Shown: positions 11,724 through 23,185, numbered from the stretch's first letter. The stretch is DNA of 64,000 nucleotides from an uncultured Nitrososphaerales archaeon (GCA_963713605.1 CAVQMO010000003.1:32001-96000); one strand, 5' to 3'. Translations and numbers: made by a program. The notes: generated by a model not told the origin, from the letters alone.

Positions 11724-13007
11724 CTACTCTGTCCTTCCATGTATATCACGCAAGGCTTGGCCAGTTAGTTTCGAACTAACCACAACGCCTAGAATGCCTG
11801 CAGCCATTGATGAGACAACCAATAGAGGATATATCTCATCAATCATTTCAAAGTATATTGAAGCGGTAACACTTGGCCATACTGGTTGCGGATTAATAGA
11901 AACTTCATTGTATGTATGAGTAATTAAAGGAAAGTATAGCATAAAGAACGTTAGTCCCAATACGATTCCTACTAATACATTCACGATCTTTTTTCGTGTT
12001 TGTGAAAGTGACATTGATGATGATATTCCTAAAGCTGGTAATGAAAGTAACGAGTCAATAACTACGATAGGAATCACATTTAATAAGTAAAATGGAATAG
12101 TAGGTACAAGGTTTTCATTCGGAAGTATTGTCGTAACTAGATTGATAAAAATAAAGATCATTCCAGTAGCGGATAGCACACCAAACTTCTTTGTTATTTC
12201 CCATGAAGTGAATAATATAAAAGATACAAGAAATGGAAAACATAGAGTTGCAATCAATCCAGCTAAAATAGGATTTGGATTAAATTTGAAAAAATCAGTA
12301 TCGGAAAATGGAAGGGAAACCATATGAATTATGCCAGAAACCGTAATCCAAATTGCTGTAATTGAAATTATTACGTACAACGAAGATCCTTTATTATACG
12401 TAATAGTATTGTTAGAACTTGTGTTTTTCAATTCAACCATAGAATACCTATCTTCATTATTCATTGTCTCTATGTCTGTCTTCGTTCTCAATTTGCCATC
12501 GTAGTTATTTTTTGAAATCAATCCAAGGAAGGCACCGATACTACATAAAACCATTCCTATTGTAAGCACTGCGTGTGGTGGACTCAACAAACCATCAAGA
12601 CCAAAAGCTGTATGCCAAGCAAAATCTAATGGACCCGCCAAAATCAACATAACAATTCCTACGAGTACTAGTCTTAAGTAAGTCGGAAAAGATTTTCTAT
12701 TATTATTGTCAGGTATTTTACTACTATGTCGGTGATACCGATATGTCATCAATGATCCAAATAAGATCAATACTACACCAGAGTATAGCCCAGCATGAGG
12801 TGGAGAGAAAAATGTTTCAGGTCTATTCAAAAGGTGGTTAGTGATGTCCCAACTGCCTGAACTTGCAGTCAATAAAATGCCCAAACTCACAATGGTTAGG
12901 GGAATTGCAGGATCCGTTTCAATGCTATTTCTGAAACGACCTATGGATAATGATATGAAGACATTATTATTATCCCTGCCAAATGGAGATCTAAATGTTT
13001 TAGCCAT
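11724..13007 (-). CDS. Multi-pass membrane protein of unknown function
   Basis: About 9-10 hydrophobic segments; two repeats WDxxxH...SPPH / DFAWH...SPPH suggest metal-binding His residues. Confidence 0.75.
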   Translation of the reverse strand: MAKTFRSPFGRDNNNVFISLSIGRFRNSIETDPAIPLTIVSLGILLTASSGSWDITNHLLNRPETFFSPPHAGLYSGVVLILFGSLMTYRYHRHSSKIPDNNNRKSFPTYLRLVLVGIVMLILAGPLDFAWHTAFGLDGLLSPPHAVLTIGMVLCSIGAFLGLISKNNYDGKLRTKTDIETMNNEDRYSMVELKNTSSNNTITYNKGSSLYVIISITAIWITVSGIIHMVSLPFSDTDFFKFNPNPILAGLIATLCFPFLVSFILFTSWEITKKFGVLSATGMIFIFINLVTTILPNENLVPTIPFYLLNVIPIVVIDSLLSLPALGISSSMSLSQTRKKIVNVLVGIVLGLTFFMLYFPLITHTYNEVSINPQPVWPSVTASIYFEMIDEIYPLLVVSSMAAGILGVVVSSKLTGQALRDIHGRTE

Positions 13008-13194
13008 TATTAGTCGTTTTACCCCATAATAATCAAGAATTTGGACTACTTATATTCATCTATTTCGAATAGTTTAAGTTTGGATTTCAAGACCTATCCT
13101 ATAAGTCAGATAATTCTTATACCCAAGGTATGCATCAACAGAAAGCTATCATATCACATTTATATTCGTCAATTACAGATATCTACATTTCGCC

Positions 13195-13581
13195 TTATTT
13201 ATGTTCAATCATTTGTTGAATATCCTCTTTAAATCTCTTTATTAACGTGGATAACGACTTTTGAATTTCTTTTAGTCTGTGTTCTGTAGCTCTTTCTATT
13301 ATATCGATACTCGTTGCCCGATAGGTATGATATTGACCACCGCTTCTTAAGTTTCTACTTTCTTTCACGCAAAAACTGATACTAACCAACTTTTGTAATG
13401 ATCTAAATATCGTTCCTTTGTCCTTTCCTAACTGCTTAGAAATTATTTCTAATGTGAGAGGTTCTTTAGATCTAAGCAATGCAACCAATATATCCAAATC
13501 TGAAGGTGATAAATTATAAAGACATTCTAACAAGTTTTTGCATGTACAATCAGTATCCATAAAGAGATTAATAGATCTCAT
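13195..13581 (-). CDS. TrmB-like/winged-helix transcriptional regulator
   Basis: LLECLYNLSPSDLDILVALL...LGKDKGTIFRSLQKL...GGQYHTY. Confidence 0.8.
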   Translation of the reverse strand: MRSINLFMDTDCTCKNLLECLYNLSPSDLDILVALLRSKEPLTLEIISKQLGKDKGTIFRSLQKLVSISFCVKESRNLRSGGQYHTYRATSIDIIERATEHRLKEIQKSLSTLIKRFKEDIQQMIEHK

Positions 13582-13703
13582 TTATACATCCCATTCCATT
13601 ACCATGATTCACATAATTGTTAGTAAAAGTGTAATAAAAGGGTTTTGTACATATTTGGCAAAACCGTAATACTTAATAACCGGATTCAAGTTATATTTTA
13701 TGG

Positions 13704-14225
13704 GTGAATATTCGGATCATGAGATATTTTAGTAATAGTATTAGTGACAGAACTAGTGGACATGATGAAGAACTAGAAAGGATAATCCAACGAAAGATGA
13801 ATGAATTCTCTCTTCGAACAAAGAAAAATGATAACATCGAGGGTAATCAGTCAACCACCACTACTCCCATTACTTTAACAGATCAAAATTTCAATGAGAT
13901 GGTTGGTAGGTACCCTTTGCTAATTGTTGACTTCTGGGCTCCATGGTGTGGACCATGCAAAATGGTCTCTCCTGTAATAACGGAACTCTCTCAGGAACTT
14001 GCTGGAAAAGCGGTATTTGGCAAACTTAACGTAGATGAGAATCCAGTGATAGCAAGTACATTTGGTATACAAAGCATTCCTACGATTGCAATATTTAGGA
14101 ATGGAAAAGCAGTAGACGGGATTATAGGAGCTGCTTCTAAATCACATATTATGTCCAAGCTCTCCACGCATATAAATAACAATTCTTCAACTGACATCAA
14201 CTCTTCAAGTTCTGGGATATATTAG
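13704..14225 (+). CDS. trxA: Thioredoxin
   Basis: VDFWAPWCGPCK and IQSIPT motifs; DEELERI N-terminal extension. Confidence 0.95.
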   Translation: MNIRIMRYFSNSISDRTSGHDEELERIIQRKMNEFSLRTKKNDNIEGNQSTTTTPITLTDQNFNEMVGRYPLLIVDFWAPWCGPCKMVSPVITELSQELAGKAVFGKLNVDENPVIASTFGIQSIPTIAIFRNGKAVDGIIGAASKSHIMSKLSTHINNNSSTDINSSSSGIY

Positions 14226-14301
14226 GTATGTATATCCCCAACTTCTTTCCACTTTCCTTTGATTTTATTGTCGTGGCATGTAACTACGATATATGACTTG
14301 T

Positions 14302-15256
14302 TCAGGATCTGTGTTTATGTAGATGTTCACCTTCATGAATATGAGGATGCGAATGTCTGATAAATTTTTCATGTGAATGTGTTTGATACAACCTACGAAT
14401 AAATGCATATAGTGAACTCCCACCGAACGCAGCAGTTCCGAATAATACTATTGTAGCACCCGATGCAGAATCAAGGAAATAACTAGAGTACATACCTAGA
14501 AATGCAGTCAAAATCCCTATAATAGTCGAGGCAACAACCATTTTCATAAAGTTATTCGTAAGCATCCTAGCAGAAATGGCAGGAGCAACAATAGCAGCAG
14601 CTATCAAAGTTACTCCTACGCTACTCATCGATGCTATCACAACGGCCGCAAGAATTAGTGAGAAGATCAATTCTACTAAGTCTGTTCGGTACTCCATATA
14701 CTTTGGCTGTTTCCTTATCGAATAAAGTAAAAAGCAACCTTTTCTGATAGAAGAATATAAAGAATGCAGTTACACATGTTACTAGCACGATAACAGCTAG
14801 GTCCTGATCTGTTATTCCAAGGATATTGCCAAATAAAAGTGCTTCAAAATTCCTAGTATAGCTTCTTGTCATGCTAATCAATAGTACACCAATTGCAAAC
14901 CCTGCAGTTGTGACTACCCCTATTGCTGCATCTGCCTTTATCTTATTTCTTTTGGTTATCTCATTGATCAGATATGCAGAAACAAAACCCCAAACTGCGG
15001 CTCCCAGATAGAAATTAAAACCAGCAATATAGCTAACAACTGCCCCACCAAATACCGCATGAGACATTCCATGACCTATGTAACTCATTCCTCTCAATAC
15101 TATGTACACACCCATTAATCCGCACACTCCTCCTACCAGAATAGACACTAGTATTGCATTCGTAAAGAATTCGTAGGTGAATGGCTCAAGAAGCGATTCT
15201 AAAAATAGTAATATTGTTGTGTGAAATGGCAATACCGACAATAATAATGGAATCAA
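14302..15256 (-). CDS. Zn/Mn ABC transporter permease, one frameshift near 14690
   Basis: GHGMSHAVFGG, LLFGNILG, VGVTLIAAAIVAPA, SGATIVL; His-rich C-terminal tail. Confidence 0.9.
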
Positions 15257-15319
15257 ATTATTGAATCTCTCCCTCTTGACATTTTTTATCCACTTTTTCC
15301 TTCTCCTCTACCTATTGAT

Positions 15320-16237
15320 TCAAATTTCATCATCATCATTTTTTATTTTCAAACGGTCTCGGGTAGGAGGAACGTGTTCAGTAGAAATTGTGAAGGAATC
15401 AGTGTTATCAGTGTTACCAGTGTTACCATTAGAAATATTGTCATTAGAAATAATACTATCATTGTAATCTGCTAAACCATATGTTCTCAATAAGTTATCT
15501 TTAGTCAATATCTTTAAGGGATCACCTTCTGCGATTACTTTTTTATTCAAACATATGACCCAAGGGAGCCGTTTTCCAATCCCGCCGAGATCATGAGTAG
15601 TCATTATTATTGTCATGTCTAGGTCATGATTTAATGAACGCAAGATCTCCATTATCTTTTCCCGAGTATTATAATCGACTCCAGAGATGGGTTCATCTAA
15701 TACCAATATGGTAGGTTTTCGAATCAATGCTCTTGCAAGAAAAACCCTTTGCTGCTCTCCTCCAGAAAGCTCTCGAATCTGTCTATTCTTGAACTCTGAA
15801 TCATATATGCCGAGATCGTCTAATATTATTCCCACCATTACATCGACGTCCTTTGAGAACCACGGTGCAACACCTGATCTATTCCAGATTCCCATCCCAA
15901 TAACTTCTTTCACAGTAACAGGAAAGTTCCAATCAATACTTTCTACTTGTGGAACAAAGCCTATACTCTTTGAAGAATATACATATGAATCGGTGCTATT
16001 ATTACCCAAAAATCTTATCGTTCCCTTCCATGGTTTCTGTAAACCAATAATTATTTTCAGAAGGGTGGACTTTCCAGAACCACTAGGTCCAAGCAGGCCT
16101 ACGAACCTTCCTTTCGGAATCTTAATACTTACGTTTTCTAATACTGGTTTGTGTGGTACATATCCAAATGTGACGTCATTTACTTCGAGTAGATTACCTA
16201 AGGCTGTGTCGCTACTATCAGTCTTGATTTTGTTCAT
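15320..16237 (-). CDS. Zn/Mn ABC transporter ATP-binding protein
   Basis: GPSGSGKST, LSGGEQQRV, LVLDEP, IGFVPQ...DWNFP. Confidence 0.95.
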   Translation of the reverse strand: MNKIKTDSSDTALGNLLEVNDVTFGYVPHKPVLENVSIKIPKGRFVGLLGPSGSGKSTLLKIIIGLQKPWKGTIRFLGNNSTDSYVYSSKSIGFVPQVESIDWNFPVTVKEVIGMGIWNRSGVAPWFSKDVDVMVGIILDDLGIYDSEFKNRQIRELSGGEQQRVFLARALIRKPTILVLDEPISGVDYNTREKIMEILRSLNHDLDMTIIMTTHDLGGIGKRLPWVICLNKKVIAEGDPLKILTKDNLLRTYGLADYNDSIISNDNISNGNTGNTDNTDSFTISTEHVPPTRDRLKIKNDDDEI

Positions 16238-16748
16238 ATTTATATAATACTATAGTTTTTGCGAGATTGCTGACGCGTCGTCGTAAGTCTGATTCTGAAC
16301 CTTTCTTTCGTTGTCTACTAAACATACCTCTGTTCCTGTTGTCCGTGCTCTTATTTTTCTTCCCTCCTTCCATATTATCGCATAAATATTCCTCGTACTC
16401 ATAGTCCCACCATTCTTCAAGCATCTCTATGGTTGAGTCAGTACGTAATTTCTGAGCAGTTGAATGAGAATTGTCAAATACTTCCACGGCGAACTTGATA
16501 GAGTTCTCGATCAAAATCCATGATCTGTTTATAAAAGAAGAGACATAGAAGTTCTTGTACCTATGCATTATCTTTCTTTCTAATGGGGCAGTTTGAATTC
16601 CCCACGATAAGTAACGGTAGAAATCATTGCGCATTTTCGTATTTTGGATTTCTGAACGTATAATGTGTCTCGCCGATATCGATGACTTCTGTTTATTTTT
16701 GCTCAGATCATTGTCATCTAAAAAAAAGATCCGAGTTATGTCAATCAT
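16218..16748 (-). CDS. Hypothetical protein within the metal ABC operon
   Basis: 176 aa ORF overlapping the ATPase start. Confidence 0.5.
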   Translation of the reverse strand: MIDITRIFFLDDNDLSKNKQKSSISARHIIRSEIQNTKMRNDFYRYLSWGIQTAPLERKIMHRYKNFYVSSFINRSWILIENSIKFAVEVFDNSHSTAQKLRTDSTIEMLEEWWDYEYEEYLCDNMEGGKKNKSTDNRNRGMFSRQRKKGSESDLRRRVSNLAKTIVLYKYEQNQD

Positions 16749-16789
16749 CTCTATGCTATTCTATCTCCATCCATCTAATTCCCTTGTAG

Positions 16790-17902
16790 TCATCTTTCTA
16801 TATCGCTATTAGTTAGTGAGTAGGTATCGTCAGGAGTGATACTTGATAGTGCACTTACATTACCACCTAGTGGCACTAGCATATTCTTCATATTCTCCAA
16901 CATCATTCCAACATAGGAATTTTGAAGGTCGCCTGGATCGCCTGGTAAGTTATCATCACTAAGTGTACCAACTATCTGTACATTGGCTTCATTTGCAATT
17001 TGATCGACTACCTCAGCCGGGAATACCTCAGAACCAAATATCGCTGGTAGATTTTCGGCTTTTATTTGATCAATCAAATTAGCTACTTCTCTAGGTGTAG
17101 GTTGACCAAAGTCTGAAGGTTGAACTGCCCCTATGACTGCCATGCCATATCTAGGTGCAAAGTAAGCCCATGAATCATGATAAGTAAGAAGTTTTCGGTT
17201 TTGTTCCGGTACCGACTGTACAGCCTGCATTATTCCTTCATCGAGGTGCTTCAATTTTGCAATGTATCGATCTGTATTTCCTTTATAGTAATCTGCATTT
17301 GTGGGATCCTTTTCAATCAGCTTATCTCGAGTAAGATTGGCGAATTTCATCGCGTAGGGCACATTAAGCCATAAGTGGGGATTGGGATCACCTGCTTCCT
17401 TGGGGAAGCTAAAATCAAATACGTATTGATTAGGAGTAATAGTATTGTCTCCTAATTTCAAGATTTGAAGATTTGGTTTTGTATTGTGAGCTTCGTCAAC
17501 TACGTCTTCTATATTGGTCTCTAAGCCAAGTCCATTGATGATTACAAGATTTGCATCATTTACCTTAACAACATCTGATGGCACAATCTCAAATGTATGC
17601 GAATTGACACCCTCTGGAACTAGTCCAGTCAATTCTATCTTCTCCCCTCCCACATTTTTCACTATATTGGTTATCGGAGAAACAGAAGTGACAACATTTA
17701 ATTTCTTTGTTAAAGTTGCGGCCGTGGTATTTGTGCTATTGTTTGCAGCTACTCCTGCTGCTCCAGATTGATTTGTACCACCTGTGACGTTCATGGTACC
17801 AGTAGCAATCGCCTTTTGCACACCTAAAGATGCAGTGAAGACCGAACCTACAAGCATACTAACTATAAACAGAATTGGTACTGCAAATTTAAGATAGATC
17901 AT
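16790..17902 (-). CDS. Zn/Mn ABC transporter substrate-binding protein (TroA/ZnuA family)
   Basis: Signal/TM, GVNSHTFE, NGLGLE, DPNPHLWL, TYHDSWAYF. Confidence 0.95.
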   Translation of the reverse strand: MIYLKFAVPILFIVSMLVGSVFTASLGVQKAIATGTMNVTGGTNQSGAAGVAANNSTNTTAATLTKKLNVVTSVSPITNIVKNVGGEKIELTGLVPEGVNSHTFEIVPSDVVKVNDANLVIINGLGLETNIEDVVDEAHNTKPNLQILKLGDNTITPNQYVFDFSFPKEAGDPNPHLWLNVPYAMKFANLTRDKLIEKDPTNADYYKGNTDRYIAKLKHLDEGIMQAVQSVPEQNRKLLTYHDSWAYFAPRYGMAVIGAVQPSDFGQPTPREVANLIDQIKAENLPAIFGSEVFPAEVVDQIANEANVQIVGTLSDDNLPGDPGDLQNSYVGMMLENMKNMLVPLGGNVSALSSITPDDTYSLTNSDIER

Positions 17903-17925
17903 TGAAGGAGGAAATGAAGATGAGG

Positions 17926-17952
17926 TATTAAAACTTTGTTTAGATCTCCTAA
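17926..17952 (-). promoter_or_regulatory. TATA box plus TTAG-N5-CTAA palindrome upstream of the metal ABC operon
   Basis: TTTTAATA 24-31 nt upstream of ATG 17902; TTAGATCTCCTAA at 17940-17952. Confidence 0.4.
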
Positions 17953-18371
17953 CTTGTCATATTATTTTTTAAATTAGTCATATTTACTGTTGATGTAGGC
18001 TAGGTTTGATCTAATTTCGACTGACATTGATAAACCTAGTGATCAATACAAAAAATAAGGTATTTGGAAATAACGATGTAGATTATATTAATCGAGTAAT
18101 AAAAGTCTTCGACTTAGTCGGATGAATGTATTACAAGAATAGTAGGAAGTAATACAAAACCTGTCCTGCAGGTTGGGATCTCAGTAACTTAGAACATATC
18201 TGTATTTTGTTCGATCGTTAAGGTGGAAAAAATAAGGAAAAGTTACGGCTCATTTCACTATCGATAGTCGCTAGAAATTTAGCTGTTAATGATGTGTGAC
18301 CGTGACTTCCAGGCAGCAGAAATGGCATTTTATCTCAGCAGTTATAATTAATCTGTATCTTCTTTCCACCC

Positions 18372-18415
18372 GTTGGGGGAGGAATCCAAAGAGAAATCTT
18401 TGATTCCCCCCTAAT
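18372..18415 (+). ncRNA. Candidate TATA-plus-hairpin unit
   Basis: TTATAATT at 18342-18349, then GTTGGGGGAGGAATCCAAAGA-GAAA-TCTTTGATTCCCCCCTAAT. Confidence 0.35.
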
Positions 18416-18554
18416 ATTATGCTTGATGTTTATTCAATCCAAAGTGTTCAGATGACCAAGGTTTATGAAACGCCCGATGCATTCCTGACTATAATTAGTG
18501 GGTTCTTCCATAAATATTAAAGCTAGAAGGTATCGATAAACAGATCAAAGCGCA

Positions 18555-20174
18555 ATGAAAGCATTATCCAAAACTTTCCTATGGGGTGTATCAACTTCTT
18601 CTTATCAAGTGGAAGGGGACATCATAAATAATGACTGGGATTTTTTTACACGATCACAACAAATTAACAAGAGAATCTCCACCATCTCAAAACCAAGTAT
18701 ATTCTATAAAGGAGGTATTCAGGTTGATTTACAGCCAGCAGGCGGAGCTGCTAAATTCTGGGATGTTAAATACTATAAAAGAGATTTTGATCTTGCGAGA
18801 AGTTTAGGGCTAAATGCTTTCAGAATAAGCATAGAGTGGGCACGTATCGAACCCGAGAAAGATCATTGGGATCAAGAGGCTATTGATCATTATAAGGAGA
18901 TGTTGGTAGCCATGAAAGAAAGAAATCTAATGCCAGTGGTTTCATTAAATCATGCCACACTCCCTTTATGGGTTCTGACTCCTCCCCAACAATTTCTAAG
19001 ACGAATGGGTCAAAATTTGCTGCCACACCCACTAAAGGATCTTCCACTCGGAGATCCCTCGCCGTCTGATCCTTATTGGAAATCTCTTAGAGGTTGGGAA
19101 AATGACGAAACTGTTGAAAGGTTCATCAGATACGTTGAACGAATAGTTTTAGAATTTAGTGAGCTAGTTGACTATTGGATAACAATAGGTGAACCTGTAG
19201 CCACATTAATTGGAGGCGGGTATATCTCTGGATTATGGCCACCTGGTTTTTTCCTTAAAGGGAAAAAAGCAAGGGTTGTATTGCACAATCTCATCGAAGC
19301 CCATGTTCAAGCATATAACAAGATCACTGCCCTTGACAATATCGACGCAGACAGAGATGGTTTTACAAATAAAGTTGGTTTTACTCATCTAATGATGGAA
19401 GTCATTCCAGCTGAACAAAGTAAGATATTCGGTATAACAATGAAAGATAATATTGAAGCTGCAAAGAATTTCAGTTATTTCGCAAATGATTACTTTATAA
19501 ACGCTGTCATTAAAGGGGAGGAAGATCTAAACTATCTGAACACACTTCAAAGAAGCAATAAGAATAGCGATGAATTTATTGTACATGAGGACTGGAAAAA
19601 CAAAGCTGACTTCATTGGTCTTGATTACTATCGCAGGCTTTATGTTTATTCTAATAAAATCGTCTCTTTAACCTCTGCAAAGTTTGTGGGGGGAGTTCCC
19701 CTAAACGATCTAAGTATGGCAAACAAACAGCCTCATAACATACTAAATACTCTCGGGTGGGAAATCTATCCCAAAGGATTGTATAATGTGATTATGAGAA
19801 TCGAAAATCAATGGAATGGCATACCGATTTTTATAACTGAGAATGGTATCGCTGATAAACATGATGGATATCGTGCTCCATTCATTGTGTCACATCTTCA
19901 ACAAGTTAGAAGAGCAATGGACGATGGTGCTCATATTATGGGTTATCTACATTGGTCTTTCATGGATAACTATGAATGGCTTGATAATTATAGACCTGAA
20001 GGAAAGTTTGGATTGTTTAGCATAGACTTTGAGGAGCAACATCATGGAGTTTTAGATCTTATGAGACAAAAAACTAAAGGTGCAGAAGCACTCGAAGAGA
20101 TCATCAAAGAATCATTTTCCCATAGCAAAGATGGAGTAATATCTGATTCTGCAATAGCTGGCAGCTCAGAATAA
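18555..20174 (+). CDS. Glycoside hydrolase family 1 (beta-glycosidase)
   Basis: FLWGVSTSSYQVEG, FRISIEWARIEP, ITENG nucleophile, WSFMDNYEW; acid/base motif reads TIGEP. Confidence 0.93.
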   Translation: MKALSKTFLWGVSTSSYQVEGDIINNDWDFFTRSQQINKRISTISKPSIFYKGGIQVDLQPAGGAAKFWDVKYYKRDFDLARSLGLNAFRISIEWARIEPEKDHWDQEAIDHYKEMLVAMKERNLMPVVSLNHATLPLWVLTPPQQFLRRMGQNLLPHPLKDLPLGDPSPSDPYWKSLRGWENDETVERFIRYVERIVLEFSELVDYWITIGEPVATLIGGGYISGLWPPGFFLKGKKARVVLHNLIEAHVQAYNKITALDNIDADRDGFTNKVGFTHLMMEVIPAEQSKIFGITMKDNIEAAKNFSYFANDYFINAVIKGEEDLNYLNTLQRSNKNSDEFIVHEDWKNKADFIGLDYYRRLYVYSNKIVSLTSAKFVGGVPLNDLSMANKQPHNILNTLGWEIYPKGLYNVIMRIENQWNGIPIFITENGIADKHDGYRAPFIVSHLQQVRRAMDDGAHIMGYLHWSFMDNYEWLDNYRPEGKFGLFSIDFEEQHHGVLDLMRQKTKGAEALEEIIKESFSHSKDGVISDSAIAGSSE

Positions 20175-20770
20175 GTTTGGAACATTTACTGAAGACGGCT
20201 CACGAATAATTTATCCTTGGATGATAAAACGGAACAATGGACAATAGCTGATAAGTTACACATAAAGAACCCGACATCGTTCTGAATTTAACTCTGAATG
20301 CAACGATGCAGCACTCTTTATTTCCTCTCTATGAATGCGAAATTATTGAATGAAAGAGTTCCTGAATCAATTTATATTCACTCATAGTTAAATATTAAAG
20401 CAATTTATGTTGGATCACTTGCAGGTGTTATGACATCTACCACGTCTACCAATATTTCCTCTGCAGGAATGCGGTACATGGTCCAAATTCCATCAGTCGC
20501 CGCTGCCTGAAATATGTCCTAAACTCGATAGCCTTATCTATAGTCTTGGTACATTTCATTAATGCATCCTTTGATGGACAACTGTATTCTATCTTTAGTT
20601 TCGTTCTACCTTACAACAACCGCTGACTTCTTTATGGTATGTTAGGCGAAAAAATTGTTGAGGTAAAGAGTCATAGGTCAGAGGGTAGTGGACGCTGAAA
20701 CCCCCGATATGGAAACAATCCTGCCGCAGAGTGGTAACATTAGGGGAATCCAGATAAATGAAATGGTGTC

Positions 20771-21073
20771 CTATGATGGAAGGCCTTGAGCCGTTTGCAA
20801 TTTCAAGTATCCATTTTGTGAATTCGGGGCTCTTAACTTAGTTCTGAAACGACCACTGACAGCTCCTTTTAGGTTATCACCGTGTTTAGGAGTTTCTACA
20901 GGTGGTGTAGATTTTGGGTGTCGACCAAATGCCCTGCGATAACGATCAAGTCCTGAAGAAAATATCTGTCTTAATATTTGTTTATCATGTTGACTGTGGG
21001 AAATGAAAACAGATGCTCTATCAAGACCATCTAGATCTTTCCTTTGCATATTCCCGCCCAATCTCAAAGGCAT
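20771..21073 (-). pseudogene. Possible TIR-domain N-terminal remnant
   Basis: VFISHSQHDK matches the start motif of prokaryotic TIR domains; the remainder is unrecognisable. Confidence 0.4.
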
Positions 21074-21679
21074 CTATAATAGCTTTTTTAAAGCGTGGCT
21101 GGGTCATATGTTCTTGGCTTTTTGCTTGAGAAAGCTGTCCACACATCTAGAACGTATCGCTCAGAAATTATCACTCCCATAGCTAGAACATTGGGTGCCT
21201 AATCCACCTATTTGATCCATGACTATGTACAGATTTGGCTTGTTGAATAGTCATGTTTGTAGGTATATAATTTGTTTGTATATAATGTACTATCCCCTGC
21301 TAGCATCACACGAACGCTAGAAATCGCTATGGCTTGTCCTATAAGTAAAATAGCAAGGAAAATTAGAATTATCCTCCCAGTACGTCTCCAATGATGCCAT
21401 CTAAACCTCCACCTTCGCCTTTACCTTGTTGACTGCCACCTCCACCACCCATAAAACCAGCCAGTAGAGATTGTATTCCTTGTGGATTACTTCTGGATTG
21501 TTCATCTAGCAAGTTTACCCCTTGTTGGGTATACTGCCTGGCTTGTTCTGGATCACAACCCGGTGACTGCTTCAGTGGCTAGGAAGAACTAGGATCACAA
21601 GGTAAATAATTGCATGCAAACTAGACTAATACCGATAAAGGAAAATGAAAAAAGGGAAATAAGAATTTGATATTTGGTG

Positions 21680-22159
21680 TTACTTGTTTTTGAGCTCTTT
21701 TGCTATACTATCTAGCCGTGCTTCAGTTGTCTGTTTGATACCATCCTTCGCAATCCCCTGACCGATGACAGGAATTCCTGACAAATCCATCTGCCAGATT
21801 ACATTGGCCATGGTTGTTCCACTGGCTTCTTCAGTCGGGCTCAAAGTAAGCAATTGTGTGCCTGTAAAAGGTCCTTTTGTAATATTTGTCAGTACTTCAA
21901 ACTGCTCTGGATTTACAGTTACAAATTGATGAGTTTTCTTGTCTCCTTGCGAGCCCGCGGTAATTGTAACCTCCTATTTGTTGTATTATCTGTCACGTTA
22001 ATGTTCTTGATAGCTTTAAATGTAGGCCAGTATGTTGTAGTCTATATCCTAAACAATATTCCAAACCGTATCTATAGGAGCAAATATTTCTCGATCGACC
22101 TTAACTTCTTCTAAAGTTTTGCCTTTTACCAGAGGTGTTTGCCATATTACTTCTGCCAT
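21680..22159 (-). pseudogene. SRPBCC/START-fold protein, frameshifted
   Basis: Manual translation: VKVDREIFAPIDTVWNIV...YWPTFKAIKNI...ITKGPFTGTQLLTLSP...IWQMDLSGIP...QTTEARLDSIAKEL. Confidence 0.7.
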
Positions 22160-22483
22160 AAGAACCGTAGTCATCATTATCGATACTTATAAAATGGCTA
22201 CTATTCTGATCTCATATGTTTTTGTATTAGTAACATTCTTCATTGTACGGAAAAAGGGTTCGTTTTTCTTTATAATGCTTATTTACTTATGATACGTAAT
22301 TTAGTTACCTGTAGTATCTAGGAGCTCAGTAACGGAAAAACAACTGCCTAAGATATCAGTAGCTGGTCCATCATCACTTTCAGCATATTGAAAAACGGGT
22401 CTCGAAAATAATTATGCAGTAACACCTACAATACTGTCTTTTCTGATCCATTCCAAACATAACCAAAGAGGTCCTGACACCAC

Positions 22484-23185
22484 TTACGAAAAGAAATGCT
22501 GCCTACTTATAAAACCACTGTTGAAATCGAGATTACCTTTTAGATCAGGCAGAAGTACACCAGCTACTTTTTCATTTATTGCAATTCCTGCTATGATCTG
22601 CTGTGAAAATCCAATCTCAATTCTTGCGTGCACATTTTTAGCAACAGAACGAAGGCCTTCCCAATCAATTTTACTACCTGTTGAAAATATTATTCGCCAT
22701 GTTAGGCGTCTATTTCTATTTCTTTCTGTATCAAAGACATCGATAAGAGAATGATCAGACATTAGCCAAACAAATTTGTCTGCTTCACGAATAACTTGGT
22801 GTGTAAAAGATAAGACTGAGCCAACCTTCGCATTGTATTGATGTTCTTGCAGTTCTCCTATTCTTTCAATGAATTCCTCGGGAAGTGAGGAAATATCATG
22901 CGTAAGGAGGTATTCCTTATTCTCTGATAAAAATTCTATTGAGGGAAGTAGCCTGGTAATAAGCTTACCAAGTGTGGTAAGTGTATAATATCCATTAGAT
23001 GGATCCTTCTCTATAAAGTTCTGCTCTCTTAGCCTGACTACATGTTTTGAGGCCTCTTGCATTGAAGAATCCAATTTTTGGGCAATATCAGTCAATCGAT
23101 ACTCCTTTTCTTCTCTCAAACAGGATAACACTTGTAATCTATCTGTGCTAGCCAGAACAAAAAGCAATTCTGCAAGGGATTCCAA
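22484..23185 (-). CDS. ArsR-like winged-helix regulator with DUF1724-type C-terminal region
   Basis: LLFVLASTDRLQVL...EASKHVVRL...YTLTTLG...LTHDISSLPEEFIERIGEL. Confidence 0.85.
   Translation of the reverse strand: MESLAELLFVLASTDRLQVLSCLREEKEYRLTDIAQKLDSSMQEASKHVVRLREQNFIEKDPSNGYYTLTTLGKLITRLLPSIEFLSENKEYLLTHDISSLPEEFIERIGELQEHQYNAKVGSVLSFTHQVIREADKFVWLMSDHSLIDVFDTERNRNRRLTWRIIFSTGSKIDWEGLRSVAKNVHARIEIGFSQQIIAGIAINEKVAGVLLPDLKGNLDFNSGFISRQHFFS

Noticed and set aside
15687..16247. 186 aa plus-strand ORF and similar overlapping ORFs
   Set aside because: Antisense shadows of well-supported genes
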